From: Phoronis australis
Lineage: Eukaryota; Animalia; Phoronida
Direction: 5' to 3'
DNA length: 64,000 nt
Assembly (NCBI GenBank): GCA_002633005.1
Contig: NMRA01000021.1
Location: forward strand, 165,000 to 228,999
The notes beneath the pieces are model-generated. The model saw only the letters and a list, made by a program, of their open reading frames with translations. It searched no databases and was not told the origin of the DNA. A program made the position numbers and the translations under genes. Below are positions 12,801 through 24,697 of the stretch, piece by piece. How positions within the stretch are numbered: position 1 is the first letter of the stretch; every line of letters starts with the position of its first letter.

Positions 12801-15376
12801 ATAGCGGATTTATTAACACAAAAAGAAGGAAATTGTACAAAATATCCACACACCAGGACATCATTATATCACAATCCTCGACAAGAAAATTTTGATATTT
12901 TATCACAATTTGAGAAGAAAAATCAAATAGTTTCTTTGAATTATCAAAAAGAGCACTAAAACAAAAAGTGAAACTCAGTTTCTACGTGTCATGCAGTTTC
13001 ACATTAGCATATTACAAACCCTTTGACCGGCTTCCACTAGAGAACGAAATCTGGCAACTTCATAGGCTGGAGTGTACCACATGCAAACACCCATGCAAAT
13101 GAAACAAATGGCATCATATTACGAGTTATATGTGCATTTCGAACCGCACTCTATGGATCTCTGCCCATGAATGGCTGGCAACTTTTCTTCCCCCTCACCT
13201 TATAATGAACAATGTCATGTAGGAGTAATTCGATACCCTTGATCCAAGTTGATGATGGGCTTCTTGGTTTCGATGAAGATGGCCTATTTGACCTTGGTGG
13301 AACACCAATCTTCAAAGAAGCCCCCCATGAACCAAGACTGGTATTGTTTGTACATTGCAGTTATAGGAACTGAATTCAAGTTTGTAAATTTATTTTGTAC
13401 TGTGCAACTAAGCTAAAGTGATGTAAAATTCAACAGCATGAACATTTCTCCAAATATGCGTCCTCGGTTTATTTTTTATAACTCCTCGTTCAGTCATGTC
13501 CAATCAGTTATGTATTCAATGCGTTATGTATTCGCCTTGCCCAATTATGAAAAGCTCCAGTAACAAAGATAATCTTGCATGCTCAGTATTTTTTCAAGAA
13601 TTAAAGATCTAATAAATAAAAACACACGGAATACTTGGAAAGCTATATTATAAAGAATAATATACAATAAATTTTATTTGGTATGTTTTCTAATTTTCAA
13701 GATATTATTTTCTAAGTTAATGATGGAACGTTATTCTACCGTCATCTTAGCGTTCTCACATGCAAAAACTAATGCAGTACAAGACGAAAGTAGTTGAACA
13801 AAATACCATGACGAAAGCCAATTCGGTTACAACAAAAATTTTAATTACAGAATGGCATAGCCACAATGCTAACTTTCCTTTTCATTCCTCTTCAAAAGGA
13901 AAGGCCGATCCAATGATGAATATGGCTTCTACACAGCTTTCATGATGAAGAATTTCAGATCATTTGCAACTTTTGGCTTGTACTGGAGAACCTTAAGAAT
14001 GATGTTTATAGTTACACAAGTAACCTCAGAAACGGGGATTTCACTCAAAAACGGCCTAAATTTTGCACCTTATTGTTCAGTACCTGTGCGCACTTATTTC
14101 TTGGGAATGTAAATGTGCTGGTGAATGCATTGCAAGGGTAAAAAATGACCTTACATGGGCTATAAATTTATCGAAACTAACAAACCATTAACTGGGGACT
14201 CCTTGGAAACATTTCTGAAATGGCACATTTTAAAGAAGATTGTTTTTTATTACTATGTCAAACACTTTTATCGACACAAACAAAACTTTAACTAGCTTCC
14301 AAACGAATGTCCAATATATAGCTCTTGTTATCAAAGAGTGCCCAGGGTATGCATCCAATACTAATTTGCACCTTAAATCACAATTTTTCTGTATGGATAA
14401 CTAATGATGAACACGTCACGTGAGCTAACGAGATCACTGCAACAGAGAATAGTCATTATGCACTTATGCACACGTAGAAGCCACACTTACGATAATAATA
14501 AGAAGAAACTAATTCCAGAGCTTCAACCAAGGCTGCATTCTGTAGACCCAAGATATTCAAAAAATAATATCCCGTAATTCAACATGCCAACCACACCTAC
14601 CAATCGCGTATCAGTGGAAGTCATTTTGCTAGGATACGCTAGTGAGGTTCCGAGCATACTCTTGAAACACTATTCTTCACTCGTCTGATCTTTCTTTTCG
14701 CGAGATTCTCACATCTACGGAATGCATCCCAAGATTGCACGTGTGGCAGAGAATCTACAAACGTGCATATATAATTGCGCCTTCAACTAGCACAACCAAA
14801 ACGGTGTTGTATAGCAAATTTTCAAGTGCAGCTGGTTGCAACTGGATACTTGTCTGCATGGCTGTTGTTTTGCTTATGTATAATCCCATCAGTTTAGGAC
14901 AAAACTTACCCACACGCATACTTTTGTAGACTTGTATAAACTAAGGAAAATAATTAGGAAGAAACGATACTTGCACTTGTCTTATGACTACTGAAGAGGC
15001 AATAACTGCACATGACTCCATCACAGACTTTTACAGAAAAATGATAGCACCTTTACAAGGACCAACACAATAATAGTAAGAGAGTTCCAGCAGACACTGC
15101 CACTCATTTGCAGCATCAGCGACAGAAATTACATCAATCAAAATTGAAGAGTTGGCTCAGAAGCATGAGGTAGTTGGACCTAGCAGCCCAAAAATTGAAT
15201 GGAAAGTGAAAATGTATAATATACAGCAGAAGGTGAACGTCTGCTTTCACATTTACATGTTATGATTAAGTACTAGGATTGACTAACATAAATGGCGCTG
15301 CAATAAATAATGAGCCATGCAAGATGCTGGTATTTTTGGTTATCCTGGAGTCGGAGGGTTCTCGGTAACTCTGGAG

Positions 15377-15448
15377 TTATGTGAAGAACTTGAGCTTCTC
15401 ATTCAACCACTCTTCGGTCAATTCCTCGACTGAACGGATTTCGAACAC
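15377..15448 (-). CDS. GMF: GMF coding exon 6 (terminal)
   Basis: ttttag|VFEIRSVEELTEEWLNEKLKFFT*. Confidence 0.95.
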   Translation of the reverse strand: MFEIRSVEELTEEWLNEKLKFFT

Positions 15449-18400
15449 CTAAAAGAAACCGAAAAAGGTCACACCCACTTTCAAAACCAAGTTGCCATTG
15501 GTAAGCAGGTTCCCAAGTTGGCAGTTACCTGTCCACATGTCAGTGACTAGGCTGTAGAGGTTGAAAAGGCTGATATATCACAAAATGAACTTACCAAAGG
15601 TCTTACTTGTACAAACACTCCACTTGAATGACAAACATTTTAAATTGAAAATACGAAACTTAAACTCCTACTTGCAAGTCTAATGAATGTGAACAATTAA
15701 GATGACATTGATAAGTGAAATCATATCATAACAATGAATTGATTCAACATTTTACTTATATAGGCAGTGGACTAACGCCATTGACCAACTAAAGATAAAT
15801 GAGACTTATCTCCCTTAGGCCCATGACTGACTCGGCTGTGTCACTGATAGACTTGTCAGATGAATCACATAGTGGGAGCCAGAACATTTTGGATGAATAT
15901 GCGCGGTGCGTGAATGAAGCAAGTAATAGGTATATTCTGGCAATATGGTTAAAAAAGGAGGTGGCAGAATCATGGACTGGTCTTCAGAGGAATGTAATCA
16001 ACAGATCAGGTATCAAACTGTATGTATGAGCCATTACCGTCTCATGCACTCATGCACAATTGGATTCTTGCGATGCAGTAGATCACGTGGCAAAGTTCCT
16101 GCTCCTTTTGGATATTTAATTTCACATAGATCAAAGTTAAATATGTAACGCAAAATGGAGATGCATGACAACATTATATTGTTATGTTGACAACCGTTTT
16201 TGACAATTAAATGAATTGTCAAGTCATTTTTCAGACTTAGTTGATACAAAACACAAAAATGCAATGATGGACAAAATTGCTCCTATCCCAATTTTCAGGA
16301 ACAAGAATCTGAGATTCTACAACACTGCTTTTATAATTGGTAAGTGACCCCAATAAAAGTTGGTTTCTAACAAATGGCACGGATTGATCACCATGTTAAT
16401 TCTAATAATACTTATTGCAGGAGAATAAAGACTGTCCCTTGCATTGACCAACTGAAGGTATGATATGTTTAACACATTACAATACACTTTTTGAAGGTAT
16501 TTTTGAATTAATTTTGTACAAGAGCAAGGCAGAAGTAATTATCTGCTGCAGTTACATACTGACGTGCCTTCTTTTGCACGGGGTATTCGCATCAGCTGTC
16601 CATTGCCATGCACAAAGCAACAACTTCTGCCTTATTCCAGTTATGAATACCTCTTTGGATGTTTCGCTTTAAGTGAGGCAAGTTGCACTGGTGCAAGTTG
16701 TTCAAGGGTAATTCTGTGTGTGGATAGATTTTATAATATCACCTTAACAGCTTACATTCAATGCACTCACAAACAGAGAGTAGATTGTAAGTAGCACTGT
16801 AACATATGCGAGCACTAACCTTTGTTAGTCCAGTTTCCTTGACAAGGTTCGTTTTACTGCCAGCATAATGAATGTGTTGCTCAGGATTGCATCCTGGGAA
16901 ATAAATGCGCACTTGTTATAATTGTAACTCATCACAGGTGCAGCACTAATGATACGGAGACAACTATGAACAAAGTATGAACAACAAAGCTCAGCCTGAC
17001 AAAGTTTCCAACTGACATGCGATATCGAGACAAAAGCTTGTCTAAAAAAAAGAGCACGTAGGAGGCATAAAGGCATGGGGATCATTTGAAATTGTTTCCA
17101 TTTTAAAGAGTGAAATGTATACAATAGGGTGGTAAGGGTCAAGGATTGTGACTAACTTGTACTTTTTTGGCATCATTAAAGTGGCAATGCAACAAGACAG
17201 AATTCGTCACCATAGCTATTGCTTTTTGACTAGGCTAGAAATAGGAAGAAACAAACAACAGTTTTGAAGGAAAAAAGAAGGGACATTCTTAATGGCTGAT
17301 GAATACATAAGAGTTTGCGGATATAAATTCTGTTCTATAAAAATATCAACATTATTCTTTACACCTTTGGTAGAGGGTAAAGTGTAAGTTTTAAAATCGT
17401 AAAAATGAGCGATCTCTAATAACATTTTCCAAGAGATATAAAAATAATTGTTTTCAACAATTTCACCTCACTGCGACTGAGATAATTTTTATAAATCATT
17501 CCTCGACTGTAATGCACTCACAACTCCTTGGCTAAACATTTTTTTCAGCAATTATGAAATGGAAGCGCAACATCAAATTTCCGTTTTGTGTAAACCTTAA
17601 TCCACTTTCAGAAAACAACAACGCCCATTGTCAAACAGTATCTTATATTACCTGCAGGTGAAACATACACGAAGCACAATGGATATGATATCCTGCCATC
17701 ACCATGTTTGTAAGAGTAACTGATGAGAACGAATCTTGGCTGATGACTTGGAAGTTCTTCCACGATCTCTTCAATTGTTGTGTCCTGAAATGGATACAGA
17801 AGAGTGAACGCCAGAATCATTCATAATGAGCAACATAGGTATAGAGCAGTACAAGTTTACGTCCTTGCTTCTTTGTCACGTAAATAGTTTCGTATGTCAT
17901 TGAGCCATAACAAAAGTGCGGTCAATGGCAATAGTAGGGTATAACATGCTCACATTTTGAGAACCAGTTTGACGCCAGTTATTCAGTGGAGAAAACTGGT
18001 GCTCAAAATGTGGGCACGTTATATCTGACTATTACCAGGTGACACTTTTTGAAAGCCAAGGAAAATGCAATAAATCAATCAAACTGCGTCCAGTAAGTAC
18101 CGTGACTTGGTATAACACTGCATGATGCAGGTTATGTGAACCCCAAGATTCGTCGTTGGTGCAAAGGTCACTTATTGGCAGAATATTTTTTCATTTTTGC
18201 AGTCATTTACAAGTTGTCAATTGTTAATGAATACAAACTGCACTTTGTTTAGCATAGATAATGTTCAACAGGCATTGTCATTTAGTTCTTGATGGACAGT
18301 AGCATAGACACCATGCAAATACATCTTTAAGATGACTTGAATGCAATCTTATCAAAAAAAATTTAACAGTTAACCTAAGTGTACCCATTTTCAACACCTT

Positions 18401-21400
18401 TTCACATTATTTTGTACTGATATAGATTCTGTACTGTTTCTGTAAAGTCTTACTCATTGCAATCATTTTCAACACAAAACTTGTTCTTAAAAACATTTGG
18501 CAATTTTTGACGTACTTCACATCATTGCTATATGTTGTGTTTCTAACTAATTTGACCAAGTAATCCAGAGATAAGGAATTAGCATGTAAGTTCCACTTCA
18601 AAGCTACACAAATACAATATTGACAGTGGCAAGCTGTACATATAAGATGTAGACTCTTACAAACTCCAATAAACTATGAACATGGACAATGACTTACATT
18701 GTGCACATAAATTAAGTAATCACCTCAAGTTCTTGGTCCAGTATAACTTTCAGCTCCTTCTTGTTCACTTTCACTAAAAACATTCAATTGTAAAACTACG
18801 TCAACAAACCTTGACACAACAGACACAGGGCACATTTGTGGGTGTTACACTCATGAATACAGCCAGTGTTCCAGCAACACTAAAAATGCTAATAGATGAA
18901 AATTGACAAAATGGGAAACCATTATTGTGAGATACATAGACGAAGTCGTTTTCCCATCAATGAATATCACGTGTTATAATTAAATTTCACTTAACACCCG
19001 ATGAATGCCAAACAGGCACTGAGCACAAAACAATACTCTGCAACAATGTATATCAAAACAACAGTGATTCTTAATTCCACTTTACCTTGATGAATAACAA
19101 GCATCGTATGATAAAATCGAAACCTGTCTACAACGTTCACATTCTTGTAGCATTCCATTCCGAAAGTTCTATTTTTATGCACCCACATATTTATATGTGG
19201 ACGCATTATGCCATCATCTCTATCCGTCCGGCGTCCGCTGCTCTATCTCCAAAACCAATTGACGTAGGTTCACGAAATTTTGCACGTGTTCCTTTCATGG
19301 ATGGGACTGCATGAGCAAACTTTTGGATGGATCCAACTACCAGTGTGCCCCCTAGAGGCAATTGTGATTTTTTTACATTTACCTCTATATCATATAGCAA
19401 TTTTAGTGTTTTACATCTACCTCTGTCAAAGGTCCTCAACATATTTTCACAAAATTTGGTATATAGGCATCTATTAGTGAGATGATGGTATCCTCCTGTT
19501 TTCGAATGGATTTGACATAGTTTGCGCCACCTAGTGGCCATTTATACTGTTTTCGAGTCTGTTAATAGCGTCCACCCCTCTATCAACCAAACCGCTCTAA
19601 GCATGATTGTGAAAATTGGCATGTATGTTCTTACTATGAAGAGGACAGTTGACGATGATTTTCCGATGACTTCGATTACTGTGGCGCCTCCTAGTGGCAG
19701 TTATGTTTTTTGCGCCTATGGCTATATCCCCTAAACTATTTCCAGGATCTTTACTAAATTTAGTAAGTGCATTTATATGATGATGACTACAGACGATGAC
19801 GACTTTCAGCTGGTGTTCCACCTGGTGGCAATTTTATTTTTTTACGTTTACCTCTGTATCTTCAAAGGTCCTCAATGTATTTTCATAAAATTTGGTGTAC
19901 AGGCTTCTGTTAGTGAGGTGATGCTATCTTTCCGTTTTCTGATGGATTTGACCTAGTTTGTGCCACCTAGTAGCCATATTTACTGTTTTTGAGTCTGTTT
20001 TTTGGCGTCCACCCCTCGATCACCCAAACCGCTTTCAGGATAATTGTGAAAATTTGCATAGATGTTTTCACTAAGAGGTGGATGGGTGACGATAATTTCT
20101 GGATGACTTTTGACTACTGTGGCGAATCCTAGTGGCAGTTTCATTTTTGCGCCCATGGCTGTATCTCCTAAACTGTTTGCAGGATCTTTACTAAATTTAA
20201 CAAGTGTGTTTATATGATATTGACAACCGACGACGATTTTCGGATGGATCCGACTACTGGTGTGCCCCCTGATGGCAATTTTAGTTTTACGTTTACCTCT
20301 GTATCTTCAAAGGTCCTCAAAGAATTTTTATAAAATTTTGAATACGGGCATCTATTGCTGAGATGACGCTATCCTCCCATTTTCGGATGGAATCGAGGTA
20401 TTTTGCGCCATCTAGTGGCCACTTTTACGTCACAAATAAACAACCCTGAAAGCACACCATTTGCGATGCATTTGTGGGCGCATTTCAACGCTCTGCGTTT
20501 CTCCTGTTCTCTCATGCAGAATACTTTTCTACGCTTTCTTTTTAATGAACATGGTTAAAACATGATACACATGGATATATAACACACCAATTTTGAGATC
20601 TCAGTACTAACTTCACCAGCTGTACAGCAAAGCTGTGCATGTGAATCTACTAATTGATGATGTAAGGATTCCTCAATTTCATATTTCAGCACAGCACATA
20701 ATGCAGAGGCACTTAGTGCGTAGAATGTGGGCAGGTGCGCAATTGCATGCGTGCCTCCCAAGCCCAACTATTTGGCGAATTGGGCAAAAAGGTCGCCTCA
20801 GAGAAACAAAAATTCTGAAAAAGTAGAAAACGAAACATAAGTCCACTAAAAATGGAGGAATTCGGTGAATACACAATTCATAGCTCTGAATGTACCTCGT
20901 TTTTTTAATAAAAGGTCCACATCCTTAAAAATTTGAGCCTCCCTATTTTTTGGCTGGGTGCACGCATGAATTGGACAGCCTTGCACATGAAAAAAGACAA
21001 TTAAGTAGAAGGTGTGTCTATTCATATTCTATGGTTTCTATTGTCTTAAGAAGTCAAGTCAGTTACAACGAATGTCTTCAATTATCCCGAGAAATTCATT
21101 GTAATGAGGTTCTGCAATAGTGCTTACTTATAATTGCTGCAGTCGTCTTTTCCTTCTTGAAACGGAACTTAGAGATTTTGGCTTTGAGATCATCATCCAC
21201 TTGGCACACGGTACTGTCCCCAGACTGCAACAGGAAGTTTAAATATACAATAAAACTAAATAGACAATTGCCAAACAAATGAAAAAGTTCTGACATTTCG
21301 TCTATTCATTACAAATTAGCACGATATTCCAGTCTGCGACTCTTATAAGAAAGAATGTCTTAATTTTTCCTGTAATGTGTGTAATCTATCCTTATTTATT

Positions 21401-21737
21401 GGAATGCTATAGTTGTATGACCTTCTAGTAGAGATGCCCAAGAAATACATAGGAGAATCCATTGCCTAGAGATACACAGATACGGGCTAATGAGCAGGTC
21501 TTCCTCATTGGAGGGATGGCTACCGTCTCTACTGTGGCCAGTTGAGCGGTGGGTAGATTGTCACGGTACGCCGTACGGTCAGTGTGACAGTTGGACTCAT
21601 CATGACCAGTGTCCACAAGCCTTTACCGTGATTTCCGCGCCAGCTAAATCAAGACTAAGGAAAATACAGACACGGATTCTCTCATTTCAAAAGTAAAAGA
21701 ACAAAAATATTAGACCATTAGATTCAAAACGCACCAT
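15377..21737 (-). CDS. GMF: Glia maturation factor (ADF-H family, GMFB/GMFG orthologue), 142 aa, 6 coding exons
   Basis: Exons 21737-21735 (ATG), 21224-21128, 18773-18724, 17784-17652, 16893-16820, 15448-15377, all GT-AG with consistent phases, total 429 nt. Protein: MSGDSTVCQVDDDLKAKISKFRFKKEKTTAAIIMKVNKKELKVILDQELEDTTIEEIVEELPSHQPRFVLISYSYKHGDGRISYPLCFVYVSPAGCNPEQHIHYAGSKTNLVKETGLTKVFEIRSVEELTEEWLNEKLKFFT. It has the GMF hallmarks ELP..QPRF, DGRxSYPLCF, YAGSK and VFEIR..ELTEEWL. Confidence 0.97.
16820..16893 (-). CDS. GMF: GMF coding exon 5
   Basis: cccag|(G)CNPEQHIHYAGSKTNLVKETGLTK|gttagt. Confidence 0.95.
17652..17784 (-). CDS. GMF: GMF coding exon 4
   Basis: tttcag|DTTIEEIVEELPSHQPRF...YPLCFVYVSPA|gtaata. 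Confidence 0.95.
17930..18033. repeat. Imperfect inverted repeat (hairpin, ~40-bp arms) in GMF intron
   Basis: AATAGTAGGGTATAACATGCTCACATTTTGAGAACCAGTTT pairs with AAACTGGTGCTCAAAATGTGGGCACGTTATATCTGACTATT. Confidence 0.8.
18724..18773 (-). CDS. GMF: GMF coding exon 3
   Basis: ttttag|(M)KVNKKELKVILDQELE|gtgatt; 50 nt. Confidence 0.93.
19172..20508 (+). mobile_element. Helentron/DINE-1-like element with internal satellite array (copy 2, GMF intron 2)
   Basis: Same 5' hairpin (ATGCACCCACAT...ATGTGGACGCAT) and TCCGTCCG tract as copy 1. Internal ~440-bp higher-order repeat of three subunits. 3' TGTGGGCGCAT and CAACGCTCTGCGTT stem-loop. Confidence 0.72.
20746..20968. mobile_element. Small MITE-like element
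   Basis: Termini CATGCGTGCCTCCCAAGCC / GGCTGGGTGCACGCATG are inverted, and AATTG flanks both sides. Confidence 0.45.
21128..21224 (-). CDS. GMF: GMF coding exon 2
   Basis: ttgcag|SGDSTVCQVDDDLKAKISKFRFKKEKTTAAII|gtaagc; 97 nt. Confidence 0.95.
21735..21737 (-). CDS. GMF: GMF coding exon 1 (ATG only)
   Basis: aaaaATG|gtgcgt; a phase-0 join to exon 2 completes the ORF. Confidence 0.8.
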
Positions 21738-21759
21738 TTTTAAACAAACCGCAATCCGC

Positions 21760-21920
21760 AGAACCACAACACGGAAGTAGGAGGGAACTATGCGCATGTG
21801 CTATGCGGACATCCTGACACATGTAAGCGCGCCTGCTACAAGTTGTTGACGAACCTGTGACCATCCACGTCTACGATCTATGTGAAAGTTGTCGACATTC
21901 AGGTTTGATGCAAGTCAGTT
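21760..21920. promoter_or_regulatory. Putative (bidirectional) housekeeping promoter of GMF/TARBP1
   Basis: CpG-containing segment just upstream of the GMF ATG, with an ETS-like CGGAAGT (21772-21778) and an NRF1-like TGCGCATGTGC (21791-21801). Confidence 0.45.
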
Positions 21921-21992
21921 ACATTTTTTGCAACTTCTTACACGTTTGCAGTTGGGAATTGAGATCAGCCCAGTGGCGGGTTTAAGGGGGGG

Positions 21993-22021
21993 NNNNNNNN
22001 NNNNNNNNNNNNNNNNNNNNN
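21993..22021. other. Assembly gap (N run)
   Basis: Run of N following a CAGTGGCGG-type MITE-like end. Confidence 1.
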
Positions 22022-22527
22022 CCATTCCCCCCCCTAAAAATTTCCCATATTTCATTTGATTTGGCACTTCGGGGATGCGAATGTCTGACGGACAAACTCC
22101 TGACTAATACTCTGCCCGGTAATGGTGTCAAATAAGCCTCCCTATAGTCCCCACCAATTCCCCTTTTACGGTAAATATTGGGTAACTTTCTAGGCAAAGC
22201 CTATGCTATGTACTCCCCTTGCGACGTTATTTTTGCTTTAAAACAGCCAGTGTTGCTTAAATATGAACGAATTTCCCGTACTCAATTCTCTCGCGTATGG
22301 ATGCCATTTTTGAAAGTAAGAGAACGCATATCATGTAAATAACCAGCAAATCATTGAATGACTTCAAGATTGTATACTCAGACTTATACTAAAACCACCG
22401 TGTAGGCTGCAGTAGTAACAAATTCGCTGAATAAGATGATTAAGTGGTCCCCACCAACCACACGCTACAAAAGCTTAATTTAACTCAAATTAAAATGTAT
22501 GGTCTTATGGATAAATTTTATCTGCAT

Positions 22528-22771
22528 CGACCACGCAGTTGAACGTGGTCGTCGTGTATGAAATGTTTCCGCCGACCATGCTACTGACGGAAGGGGTGGT
22601 CGTATGTACGAAAATTGGCTCCCGACCGCAAGCACTATCGAAGTCATTTAAAGCGCGTGGTCGTATGGTCAAAAATTATCCGTCGGGACCACGCACCTTC
22701 TCTAAGACATTTAAAGCGTGTGGTCGTATGGCCGAAAAATGTCAGCCCGACCAAAAGCGTTCTGAGACTCA
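22528..22771. repeat. Array of ~45-64 bp stem-loop units (CGACCAC...GTGGTCG)
   Basis: About five units start at ~22528, 22573, 22623, 22687 and 22748. Each has a CGACC(A) left arm and, except the last, a GTGGTCG right arm followed by TATG/AAAAT. Confidence 0.65.
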
Positions 22772-22887
22772 TTAAAATGACATAGGCAAAAATTGAATTT
22801 CGGGCGTTAAAAGTGGGGCCCCTATATTAATATTGGGGGCCTCGCTCTTGAGGCCTGAAATTCAATTTTTTGCTTATGTCATTTTAA
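22772..22887. repeat. Near-palindromic 116-bp inverted repeat (TTAA-bounded)
   Basis: TTAAAATGACATAGGCAAAAATTGAATTTC... pairs with ...GAAATTCAATTTTTTGCTTATGTCATTTTAA. Confidence 0.8.
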
Positions 22888-23032
22888 TAAGAATATGTCA
22901 TTTTAAATAATAATCTGTTAGTGTTGCGCGGCCTTTTTTCAGTGTTATGCAGCCCATGGGCTATGAGCGGTGCACCACAGGGGACCTGGAGGGCGATACC
23001 CCCACCTTTTTTCAGTGCCGAGCCGCCCACGA

Positions 23033-23190
23033 GAGGTCATGGGTTCCAGTCCCTCTAGGGCATGCTGCTAGACTCTTGAGTCAGGTCTCTAGCTCCTCAG
23101 CTCGATTTTGACTAATAAGGCTTAAAATGGCTCCAAGGTGATTAGTACAAGGGGCCCACTTGCGCGACTTGCATTCATCTGGCACAATGT
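23033..23190 (+). mobile_element. 5'-truncated, diverged copy of the tRNA-derived SINE at 52316
   Basis: GAGGTCATGGGTTCCAGTCCC...CTTGAGTCAGGTCTCTAGCTCCTCAGCTCG...GGTGATTAGTACAAGGGGCCCA aligns with 52361-52520. Confidence 0.7.
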
Positions 23191-23616
23191 ACAAGATCTT
23201 ATGCAATTTGTTTGGACAAGTTTAATTGTACCTTCTCATTTTTTCATAAAAGATACATAGTACCAAACTAATACTCTGTTATGTTAGAGTTCTGTACCAT
23301 AGTCATGAACATGCAACATTTAAAAAATTTGGTCACTCACAACAAAGTTAAAAGATGTTAAACTATGGAAAAACAATATTGGCAATAATTGGTGAGATTT
23401 CACTGTCCCTTATTGACTTGTCTGTTTTTAACAGAACAATATGCTTACACCATACTCCCAGTTTTATAACATAGATAAGGCTGTCGTCAACTTAAAAACT
23501 ACGTTTGTTACACACATGTACCTGTTGCCAGCCATTTGTATTCTGATCCGCATGGGTGGTTGCATTTTCACACGTTTATTTTTTTCAGAGGCTAGCTGTG
23601 CTTTTGACTCTTGACT

Positions 23617-24697
23617 ATGTCTTCAGAAGATACGCCTTCACCGATTGGTCGAATCCTTGGATCTGAACCATTGCAGCCAACACTTCCCGATGCAGTACAG
23701 AGGATATGTACTGAGATTCAGGCTCAGACTTCAAACAGCCAACATTCTGATGTGATAACTTCTCTAGAAGCTCTTAACATTATTCTTTCTAATGGACCAA
23801 ACTCCACTTTTGATTTTGGCTATGTGCTTCATGATGTGTGCTTTCCTCTGCTGAAATTTTCTGGAATAAATTCGTCTATAAATGAAGCTTGCAGACTAGT
23901 AACGTTTCGGATTTCTTCCTTATGCATTTGCGGAATAGATAATGAGAAGAGAAAAGCGGTGCTGGAGGAAATCATTGAAGCTCTCAACGAGTGCGGGGAT
24001 GAAAAAGAAGGTGTTTCTAAACATGAGATTACCCAGTTAGATGCAATCAGTATATTAGATCTTGTCCTAAGAAAAAGCAAATTTATCCCCAGTGTGGTAA
24101 TTTGCGACTCTTTAAAGGAAGAACTGTTTCATGTTCTGTGTGACCTTCTACTGAGGAGGGATAAGAGTATTGTCTTCGGAACCATTGTGTCTTCAACATT
24201 GCCTTTGTTACTTCAGAGTTTTGCCAACTGTGTGGAAGTTTTGCATGGAAAACTCAAAGCGTTATTTGAAATCCTTAAATCCCTTTCTCAGACTGAAAAC
24301 AGTGGTGACTCTTATTCCATACTTTGCTCATTGGCCGATTTCTATCTGCCGGCTTCAACAGCGTCGCCATCTGCTATGGATGTTCGAAAGGAAAGAGCAT
24401 TCTGGGAAATCATTCAGGTGGGACTGTGTAATGAAATTGGGTTGACGAGGAAACGGTCTATGTACCTGTTGAAACGAGCGCTCGACGTGTCCTCGTCTGC
24501 AGGAGAAGCATTTGCCACAGAAATGTGTAAGGGTCGTTATTTATTTTGGTGGCTAGATGCAGCCAGTGAAGAGCTGAACACTATCTGGCAGGATTTTGTG
24601 TTGGTGGTGGAGACATTTGAAGAACAAGCTCGTGTGGTCAAGCCAGTGATGAGCAAATTGAACCAGCTGGTGGAGAGGTCAGCAAAACTCTGTCAAG
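23617..24697 (+). CDS. TARBP1: TARBP1 coding exon 1
   Basis: ATG at 23617 in the long ORF, preceded by acceptor tttttcag (23588); donor G|gtaatt. Confidence 0.88.

Noticed and set aside
22528-22771. CRISPR-like array
   Set aside because: Eukaryotic context, degenerate repeats, related rather than unique spacers, and no cas genes.
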